This document shows positions 51,242 to 61,752 of a stretch of 64,000 bases of DNA, in pieces (within the stretch, counting starts at the first letter, position 1; each line of letters begins with the position of its first letter). The DNA is from Utricularia gibba. Its lineage: Eukaryota; Plantae; Magnoliophyta. The DNA lies in contig NEEC01000019.1 in NCBI GenBank assembly GCA_002189035.1, forward strand, positions 1,922,001 through 1,986,000, read 5' to 3'. A program made the position numbers and the translations under genes. The notes below the pieces were generated by a model that saw only the letters and a program-made list of their open reading frames with translations, did not search any database and was not told the DNA's origin.

Positions 51242-53151
51242 CTAACGTATTTGGCTCTGCAACATATACATGAAAATGCCACCGGCTACAGAAACATTCA
51301 AAGATTCGTATTCTCCAGGCATTGGGATGGTAACAAGTTCACAGACCTGACAACTTAGTTTGGAAAGGCCGGTCCCTTCGCTGCCTAGAACCAGACACAG
51401 AGGCGAACTGGCAATGGAATCTGCGAGGTCTTTCGAAAGAGGAACCACCGGACTCTGGCTATTGTTCCAAGCAGGGTGACCGGCCAACATTCTCATTTTA
51501 ACTACTTGTCTCAAAGTTTCGAGATCAGTCCAAGAACCAGAGACAATTGGGATCTGGAAGCAAGAGCCTCGACTGGCTCTAAGTGCCTTGTCATTGAATG
51601 GATCACAACAACCGGGAAGCAGGAAGACTCCATTCTGTTCAGGGAAGGTAAATTCCAATGTTTAAGAAGGGAAATATGCGTCGTAGTAAATAAAACATGT
51701 GCAAAACAAGCTTCTAGTCAGGATGGGAGCCTGATCATATGGTGAAGTTTATCATAAAAAACAAATGTTGAAAAACCTAAACAAGAAGGTCACCCTTACC
51801 CATCTGAAGGCTGTGGCACTCCGAAGAAGCGTGCCTACATTCCCCGGATCCTGCATATACAGTTTATTTGACAGGTAACTCAAAAGGCAAGGGTTTGAAA
51901 GAGAAAACAGAAAGAGTTTGGAAGCGTTTGAAGAAACTAAAGCAAGGGGTGCTTAAAAGCTTGTGTTGGAGATAAAAAGGTGGTCTTTAGTCTTAGAAAT
52001 CAATTCAAAACCCCAACCAAATGTCATCATTTAGAGCTCATGGTTTTACAAAACTATAAGAAAAAAGATGAAGTGTCTACCTGAATTCCCTCTAGAACTA
52101 GAATTCGGTGTGCAGATGGAAACAATCTAGGGCAGTCTTCATCTTTCAGGCCGTTGATGACCATGTGATATGATGAGGGAATTCTCAGCAACGCAATAAC
52201 TTGAACAGACTCATCAGATTGAACACCACATAACTTCCGTATCACTTGAGAGTTAACAATTATGATCCGCAGAGCATCATCATCTATTACTTCAGGGATT
52301 CTACAGCCTTCCAGTACAAACACACATTCAACCGTAGGCTGATCCGGTAGTCTTTTTTGCAGGGATAAGATTTCTCTGGACAAGGCATTGTTAGCCCTCA
52401 CTAATCCAACAAAATTATGAAAATTGAATAAATACTTGAGCAAGATGCAAAGTTCATATGTTCTAGATTTGGATTCAACAACTACTAGACCCGGACATAA
52501 CAGAAAAAGGACAAGACGGTAGTCTCAGTAGGCAAAACTAAATGGAGAGATTGCATGCAGAAAGTACCTTCCAAAGGTTGAGGAAATATAGAGTTATAGG
52601 AGTGAATACAATGCATCTTCACTTTCAGACAGCACATAAATGGCAGCAAAATTGCAGTTCAAAATCTCACTTTACTGTCCACCTCAAAATCTTAAGTAGA
52701 ATACTTGCAACCACCACACAAGACAACAAAAGTTGAAACCTTTTAGAAAAAAAGAATAAAAACGAACACCCATTCGTTAATTTTGATGCAAAAGATAACA
52801 AATAATCGGAAAAGAAAAGCATATATGCGAACACCAGTGACAAGCGGGAGAAAGCAAGTTACCTTATGGGTGTTTCACCAACAACAATGACTGAGCCGTG
52901 AAGATGACGATAAGAAGAGTTCTGGCGAAGCTTCACGCAGTGTTTGACAAATGGATTTGACGTGCTGGTGATGGATTTCACGTTTGGTGGCAATTTCAAT
53001 ACAAATTCGCTGCCACCGTCGTCCTTATCTCCCGGGAAGCGGTTCAGTTTTTGTGTATTACATCTTGGTTGAAGCACGGGGGCATCTTGACCAGATTTGG
53101 CGGATTGTAGCGCGGGAGAGGAGAGAGCAACAACGCATGGAGACATTGCAT
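51242..53151 (-). CDS. SpoU/TrmH-family tRNA/rRNA 2'-O-methyltransferase, probably organelle-targeted
   Basis: Four exons. VKSITSTSNPFVKHCVKLRQ, RILVLEGIQDPGNVGTLLRSA, LVLGSEGTGLS, ESLNVSVAGGIFMY (SPOUT motifs). The start is ambiguous between 53151 and 53146. Confidence 0.88.
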
Positions 53152-53843
53152 TTCCCGACGCCCGTACTCGTAGCTCCAGCCCCCCGCAGTTGCCCCCAGT
53201 GAAACTGAAAATGCGAATTGGTCCTCAACCAAGATGCAGATATAACGCAGAATTTAAAGATGGGTATAAATGAAATCAATGAGACGATTACCTTGTCACT
53301 TGTTCAGTCAGTTATGGAGGCAAGTTCAAATGGTTATATTGAATAACTGTGCACCACAAAAAACTGAACTGCCAGAAATGCACAGTGAATGTCGTGAGGA
53401 ACCTCAGCAAGAGAAACATAACTCATCTTTGGATCAGTCATCTAGATGTCAGCAGAACTAGTGTGAGATAACTCCATCCTGTATGTTGCAGGGCATTATC
53501 AATCATGCTTGGTGTTCTTTGGAAGGATCTAAGGGAACCCTCCTGATCTATGAAGCAACAGTGCAAGGAGAGACCATTTTGGTGCTCTCCTTCCAACAGC
53601 CCTAGTTTTTTCCGGGGCAAGCTTCAAATTTCATGTCATGTACTCGCTGTAGAACGGGGAGCAGAGGAATGCATACAAGATGCTATTCATCTTAGCTTAC
53701 AATTTTTACTCTGAATAATGAAATCTTGTCCTGTAGTTTTTCCAAGAGCATGTTTCTTTCTCACCTTCGCATCATTTTTTTTTTTTTACTCGAGGAACTG
53801 CACAGTACTTCACGAGACACAACTCTTAGTTACATCGATGGAT

Positions 53844-56220
53844 TCAGGCGCTGCACATGCAATCAGGAACAGGGTATGTGTATATAGACTGCTTTAGTTG
53901 CCGTAGCTTGAGCAGACCTTGCCTGTTTCTATGCCCTTCAACTACAGATAGTTGAAACTCTGGCCAGCTCAAGCTTTTGTTCAGGAAAAGAGGGCCGAGA
54001 AGTGCCATGTTCGGCCGCATAGTCTTCCTGTTTTCGTATGTTCGATGCCCCACCTGCCATGCACAGAAAAAACCAGATACATATGAGAGCTGCAAATCCG
54101 GAGCCGGTGACAGCTGGTCAATGTTTAGTGACCATAGCGTTGAAACTTGAAAGAAAGAACTCAACAAGGGAGTAAAAGCTGACCAAAGCGTTGTGCATAT
54201 TTCCAGGTGAAGCGGATATGAAGATATCGCTGTGCAAGGCAACATAATAGTCAACAGCAGCCAACAAAGAGGCTTTTCCTGTAATTCTCCGGCGTTCATC
54301 TGATGATGCCAGGCTTCTTTTTTCTTCCATCATAGGAAACAAACTTCGTAATGTGGATATGCGAGCTTCTCCACCATATACCTGATCTGGACAAACACAT
54401 TATCACCATCATCACGCTTCTCAGACAAAACAGTTGCTTGCTTACCTTGTGAGAAGCAAGATACAAGCGAGTGGTGTTGTCGAATCCCAGAGCAGCTAGC
54501 AGCAATCCAATTTCTTCAGGTGTTAATGGACACCGTCCCTGACTCCTCAGCTCCTCGTCAGTAAACTTAGAGTTCACCACTCTTCCTTGCCAAATCATCT
54601 GTCTGTACTTAGCTAGCGCAAGTTTTTCTGCCTTACCTCCACCAAAGTCACAGGCCGAGTGGGCTGCCATGTCCTGGAAGGCATCTGCAGTATTAGAAAT
54701 CTAACTACTACAATGATTTCCGCAACATTCTGGACTCATTTGAACAGAATTCCAATGTTTTGCCAATGAAACTGCAATTTTGTCTCATGCCACTTTCAAA
54801 AAATCCTGATTTCCCATCAACTGGAAGTCCTACCTTGTCAAAACGGAGGTGGAGAACAGCAAACTTTCCACTCTGTTGCTTGTATTCAGAATCATCAACA
54901 GGTAAAGGGGAGCTTTGGAGACGACTAATAAGAGCATCTCCAAGATCCCTAACATGAGGAACGAAAACTAGAGCTTCAAAGTTCACTTTACAACGTAACT
55001 CTTGGATTTCATCCGGTATATTGTCAAAAGCCAGACGATGAGAAAATGGTGCGATTGCAGCAATTCCATAACTGAAACTCAACATTGGGGTATTAATTCA
55101 CAAGCCTTATAACAAATCTTATAGTTCGGATGCACCAACCTCTCTAAAATGGGCAATACATTCTCCAGATACCAGTTCAATGAAGCATGCACTGGAGCTG
55201 TTTTGACTCGCGTTGCTCGAATAGCGGTTGCATAATACTCCCTCGTGCTCCAAAAGTACTCCTCAGGGAGCTCCCTTACTATGGATATATCATCTTTCAA
55301 CACATTGATAAAATGATCAACATCAAAAATATCCATGAATGTGCTGCAGCATGGGAAGACCAAAAAAAGGGCGTCAAGTACTCAACCACATAAATCAAGT
55401 GAAAAATGATGATAGATTCATTAGGAAAGGTACCTTGAATCCTGCCAAACAGGATTCACTTCAAGATACGGAATTATGAGGGCTGCATTGAGGATTTTAG
55501 CAATAGCAACCGCATCACAAACCTATTGAAACCCAAAAATGTGAATAAGTAGCAGAAACAAATGGGGCATTACTTGGTTTCGGACTACAAAAACAACTAC
55601 TTACTCCCATTCTTTGCTGATTTAATCCTCCATCAAGGAAAACCTGAAGATACCCTGAAGATTTTTCTGGCTTTGGTGCTTAAGAAAACCAGCAGTTTCT
55701 CATTTTAGCACAAGGATTTTCCAAATCAAACATTAAACAAAGGGAAAAAAGTTTACTCACACAAAGTAGTGCTAGGATGAACACATGGCTTCCATGCTTG
55801 GGGTGCTAAAGGCTTCCACAGTTCAGCTTGTTGCGCATCGTTCTGAAACAAAAATAGAACTGAGAAGTGAGACAATTAACAAATCACAGCAACTAAACAC
55901 ATTGATGATATTCACAGTTTCGCGCTCCAGAGCACTCTTAAGTAAATGAGAATGTCTCGGTTTTGGGGCCTTCCATTCCTGAGCAGGCAAAAAATTCAAA
56001 ATTTCAGATCTGCGTCTCTTCTTGAAGTAGCCAATAAGCAGATACAAAGTGAAATACGCGATGAGATGGAAACTGAGAAACAACGCACCGACAATGCAGA
56101 TGGTGAAGCGCGACTAAGCGGTGCTACAAGAGTAGTTACAAACATAGGCAGAAGAAGCACCAAGGAACCAGCCGCGGCTCCTCCTCTGTAACCCGAAAAA
56201 TGGGAACCCTTGCTTCTCAT
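53844..56220 (-). CDS. O-fucosyltransferase family protein (GT106, OFUT31/39-like)
   Basis: About 10 exons. N-terminal TM anchor, LQVFLDGGLNQQRMG, DIFDVDHFI, IAPFSHRL, LHLRFDKDMAAHSACDFGGG, GRCPLTPEEIG, YVALHSDIFISASPGNM; ends YPVPDCMC. Confidence 0.92.
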
Positions 56221-57514
56221 TTCGATATACCGTGACTGCGGCAGCAATGTGCGGATTGGAACTAGTGGGCTAATGATATGAACAAGAGCTTTAAAAACTC
56301 TTTTGCAGCTTGGCGCATCTGAGAGAGAGGACTAGCAATGAATAAGGGGCCAAGAACCCGAACCAGCTCAGTTCCACCGAATTGAACACACAGCATATTC
56401 GCCGCCGGCCAACCATTTTCTTTCATCGGTAAAAAAATGCCAATGGACAACCCATTTGTGGGATCTGCATAATTCCGCCATACGCGCAACGAACAGTTAA
56501 TAAAAATGCAATCTTTACTTCGCAGCAGCACCTAGTTGTCCTCCTAATACACCTACATAGCACCATGATTAGTTTTCCCTTATTTGATATATTAAATTAA
56601 TATTTAAAAGAATATTTTTTATTCATTATTTTTTATTTACAACCTTCTCACTCACTTTCACTACATCTTCTGAATGATGAGATTTCACTTTATGGGACCA
56701 TCTATAATCCATCCCAATTGATGGATGAACATATGAAGTAGGTGACATTTAGTATTATATATTTTAAATTATTTAGATTTAAAAAATAAATATCATACAA
56801 TTAAAATTAGAATTACTTTTAGTATATATATTTTACAAATGTATTTAAAAATAATACTCTATACATATTCAAAATAAATGAAACATAAAAAATTTCACTT
56901 GATTAAAAAAATATCATACTTGAGACTAATTTAAAAAAATGTTACATAAAAGTGACATTTATATCAGTGTTTTAAAATTATGAGTCGAACTCATTCAAAC
57001 GAAATTCATGATTTTTTTGGTTCAGGTTCAATAATTTTTATAAAAAAATAATTTCAAAATATTAAATTTGTATAGGTATTTTTATTTTTTATAATATATT
57101 CATAATGTATTTAAAAAGAAGAGGTGTCACCGTCTCAACGGATAAGTGCATGGATCACGGGAAAATAGGCAACGTGCATTTATTCATTATTACGACGACT
57201 CGTGGTTTTTCTTCTAAACATAGACACTGGAAACCTCCGAGAGTAACGGATCCCGTTGAGATAAGCTCTTCCCTTCTTCAAATCTTGAATTGGATAAGGT
57301 TTCTTTCTCTCAGAAGACGAGTGCCCTGAGGTGTAAATAAATACGGCATTGATTTCTACGACGTTAATTCAAAGATTATGCTCTGGGTTAGTAAGCTCTG
57401 CATGCTTCCTTCCTTTTCTTTAGCTCTTTGTGGTATGGTGGGGTATTGTGGCGTGTGAGGTGTTGGCGGTTCACTCTTGGATTGGAAATCGTGTCTCCGG
57501 CTCCGTCGTCTGTA

Positions 57515-59257
57515 ATGTCAACCGCCTCATCTCCTTCACGTGACACCCATCTCCCTGTTCACACCGCCACCGCCTCGGGGAATCGTCGTAAGCGGTGGTG
57601 GCGGAGCATTGGTTGGCCCGGTGCCAAGCCGATTCCGCTGATTGCCTGTGTCGCTGTCGGGGTTATAATCCGTTTCGCGATTCCGAAGCCTCACTCGGTG
57701 ACCCACAAAGCGTGGTCGCTCCTGTCGATATTTGTTGTCACCGTCGCTGGTTTAATTGTAAGACCTCTGCCAGTGGGTGCCTGGGCCCTCGTGTGCCTCA
57801 CTGTCACCGTCGCGACGAAAACGCTGGCCTTCAAGGAAGCGTTTTCCGCGTACACGAACGAGGTGATTTGGTTGGTTGTGTCGACGTTTTTCTTCTCCAG
57901 GGGATTTATGAAGACGGGTTTGGGTGACAGAGTCGCCATGGTGTTCGTGCGTGTTCTTGGAAGAGTACATTGGGTCTGGCGTACGGATTGGTTTTAGGGG
58001 AATTAGCAATTTCTCCGGGAATGCCGAGCTCTGCCGCGAGGGCTGGTGGGATTTTCTTGCCGATCATAAAGTCTTTGTCTCTGGGCGCTCAGAGCAACCC
58101 CAAGGATTCATCCTCGAGGAAGCTTGGAGCTTTTCTGATGCAGTGTCAGAATCAGGTAATCTTTGATTGATTTAACGGTCGTCCTCATTGCATTATTTAA
58201 TGATTCGCTTCTTTAATATGGTTTGATTCCACACAGACAAACAACAGCACGAGCGCCGTGTTCCTCACGGGGGCTGCACAGAACTTGTTGTGTGTGAAAT
58301 TGGCTGAGAGCCTCGGGGTTAGAATTCCTAACAGATGGATAACTTGGACTAAAGCATCCTGTATTCCAGCTCTTGTCTCTGTTCTCGTTACTCCAATGAT
58401 CATTTACAAGCTTTATCCGCCTGAGATAAAGGCGACTCCGGATGCTCCGGCAATGGCTAAAGAGAAGTTGAAGGAGATGGGGCCAGTTAAATGGGAGGAG
58501 TGGGTGATGCTGGCGGCTCTGCTTCTCACCATCTCTTTATGGATTGCAGGGTGAGTATGAAAACGATAAGCATAAAACTCACGTCTTTCCCTTGAGTCTT
58601 AACTCCATCTTCGTCTTCAGACATACCCTGAACATGGCCAGCGCAGTGGCCGCCATGATCGGACTATCACTGCTACTGCTACTGGGAGTCTTAACATGGG
58701 ACGACTGCTTAAGCGAGAAAACAGCATGGGACACATTAGCTTGGTTCTCTGTTCTTGTCGGAATGGCGACCCACTTGGTCACCCTCGGAGTCGTCCCCTG
58801 GATATCCGATTGTGTTGCCCATTTTCTCCGATCCTTATCCCTCAGCCGGTTCGGTGCATTCGCCATTCTTCAGGCCACATACTTCTTCATCCATTACCTA
58901 TTTGCGAGCCAGACTGCACACGTCGGAGCTCTGTATTCCGCATTCCTCGGCATGCACTTGGCCTCCAAAATCCCTCCTTTGCTATCTGCACTGGCGTTGG
59001 CTTACAACACGAATCTGTTCGGAGCGATAACGCACTACAGCAGTGGACAAGCTGCGCTGTACTATGCAGGTACGATCAATCTGATTCAACTCCACAGGTC
59101 TTAGAGCTTACCTAATTCGTCTCCTTGTTCGTCGTGTCCAGCGGGATACGTGTCCCTTCATCATGTGTTCATCTTGGGGATAACGATGGCGGTGATCAAC
59201 TTCTCGATGTGGGGCTTAATCGCAGCGGCGTGGTGGAAGATACTGGGACTTTATTGA
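57515..59257 (+). CDS. DASS-family dicarboxylate transporter, DiT2-like (glutamate/malate translocator type); one -1 frameshift as assembled
   Basis: Exons 57515-58155, 58237-58550, 58621-59069, 59142-59257. Exon 1 is 641 nt, one short of in-frame. GAKPIPL, RPLPVGAW, KTGLGDR, MPSSAARAGGIFLPI, LFASQTAHVGALY, THYSSGQAALYY, WWKILGLY. Confidence 0.9.
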
Positions 59258-59624
59258 CGCCGCAGACGTAATGAATGGATGTCTTTAGAAGTTTTTGAAA
59301 GGGTAGGGAGAATTTGCAGCAACTGCTCAGTTGGGTTGGTATTCTCGACATGTCTTCCAAAATTTGTTCTTTAAAAAACAATTCTTTTTAGCTTCTTCCC
59401 TGTCAATCAGTCAACACACAACTCATTATATCTCAAAACCTTTATTGCTAACCAGCGGCTTAAGACTGCTTCAGTGGGGCTCAAGGTGGTGTTTTCTGTC
59501 TCTTTGTTCAGTACATAGAAGAAGTGGAATCAATGTTACATTACAGAGCTTAATTCAATCCAAGGAAGCATATTTTATAGCTTCTTTAAAGTGAATACCG
59601 AGCAACAGATAGAGCAGATTCCCA

Positions 59625-60851
59625 TCATTTGGAGGGGTCTTCCTCTACCTTCGCGTTACTGTTAGCGCTACTGCTATGCTCAGCTTCGGGCGAAGAAGTA
59701 AGAAATGACTTGATGCTGTTGTACAATTCCTTCTTCTTTTCTATATTGATGGCATGCCCTGCATTCTTCAACACTACAAGCTTTGCCTTGTTCTCCAAAT
59801 GACTGCTACAAAAACCCACTTCAGACTCTATACATGTGAAAGCAATGCAACTTGGGGGTCATCAGAAACAACCTTACAAGGCGATGAGCCAACTCCAGAG
59901 GGAAAATCTGGTCGTGATCTCCCCATAGAACAAGTGTAGGCTGCCAAACAGGGTCATCTTCATATTAAAAACAGCTCCATTTTTCGAAGAAACGCTTTAA
60001 TGTGTAAAATGTCGAATCATATAGAACTGAAGAATTGATCAGAAGAACCTGATTGATCTTGGGAAGCTGAGAGAGCTTTCTATCCTTGTACAGTGCGTAG
60101 ATCAACTCTTTTCTTTCCTCGTAGTAGTCACAACACATCACCTGCAATACAAAGTCCAGTTTCAGTTTCTGTAATAGCTGCTGATTCAAGCAGAACACTG
60201 AAGTGGCTGATACGTTTGGTTCATTACTGTGATAAAATCTGAAAGAAAGCATGAAGGAACACTTAGTAAGGGCTTGTAAAACGTAAACTTCAGAAGCTGT
60301 CTAAGCTTCTGAGGAGTGCGAGCCAAGAGAATGTCGATTCCCTCATCCAAATTCTTCACCACAAACATCCCATTTTCCATATCTCTCTCCTCGACACAAA
60401 CTCCGGCGCATCCAATCACCACCATCTCCACCGCGTCGGGAAACTGCGCCGCCATGCTGTAAGCTACAAACCCACCATAGCTCAACCCCACAGCCCGCAT
60501 CTTTTTCACGCCCAAAATCTCCAGAGCCCTCATCAAACACTGGGCTTGAAAAAGCTCGCTTCTTTCCGGCCTACTAGTGTGGGAATCTCCGAAAAACAAC
60601 AAATCCGGAACGTAAACATTGAATTTCCGGGAAAATCGGGCCACGAAGTTGTTCCATTGCCACATAGCGTTGGCGCCGATGCCATGGATGAGAAGCAAAG
60701 TGGGGTTTTGGGGGTTGTGAGTTTTGGGAACCCAGGAGTGGATGACGGTGCCATCGCCGATATCGGTGGTGATGGATTTCAGGCCGGCCGCTGAAAAGGA
60801 GAATCTGTAGAAGCGATCGCGAGACGCCGTGAAGCTGAAACACTTGGCCAT
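59625..60851 (-). CDS. Alpha/beta-hydrolase (ABHD6/monoacylglycerol lipase-like)
   Basis: Four exons. MAKCFSFTASRD, LLIHGIGANAMWQW, VYVPDLLFFGDS, nucleophile GLSYGG, LWGDHDQIFP (Asp), NAGHAINIE (His). Confidence 0.9.
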
Positions 60852-61752
60852 TTGGGGTCTCAAATCCACGCAATCACTTTGTCCTGCTCGCTGGTCGCCT
60901 GGTCGTCATGACTCGAGCACCATGATGCTTTCCATCCCGGAGAAGTTAAAAAAAAATTATGAAAAATGAGGATTACACAAATAATTGCTAGTTTGAACGA
61001 TTTAATTACAGTTTAAATTATAATTAATTCATTTTTTAAAAAAATCTGTTTAATATATTTTACATAAATCTTGATTAAATAGTAATTAAATTATTATATT
61101 TTAAAACGACTATCGTATAATACAATTATTATAATAAATAATTTATGATTTACAATAATTTAATCATCATTCCAAATAAATAACATTATAATATTTAATT
61201 ATTTGCAAAATTGTAGCAATGTATAATAACTTGTAGTTTGGAAAAGATTAATATGAAATAAAATCAAATAATCACCCAATGCCGTTTTCATACGCAATTT
61301 TAGTACGAAAATAGGGAAATCAAGTTGGAGTGAGCCCTAGTTATTCCCAAATCAGCTTCATCGAGGAAACTGAAGCCTCGGAGGCGATAGACTGAGTTTT
61401 GGGTGTTGTCTGGAGAATTTGCTATATGCCTGTTGATGATACTTGATAGCTGGGTTAACAGAAGCCTGGAAGTGATTTAGTGAATGACCGGATGAAGTGA
61501 CGTTGCGTTTGAGGGCTACGGTTGGAAGTTGAAGAAAGCAGCTGCTTGGGATTCGGGAATTTCTTAAACGTAGTAGTGCAACAGCGTTCTTGAGGTTTTG
61601 TGGCTCTGTTGTATCTTCGAAAGTCCCTAGATTTTGTTATCTAACAAGGGGACGGTAGTTTTTGCTCCCACGTTGGAAGTTTGGTTATACGTATGTGCTC
61701 GAGTCCTTGATCTTCAGATTGCCTGAAAGTGAGACAGTTTGAAAATCTTCCG

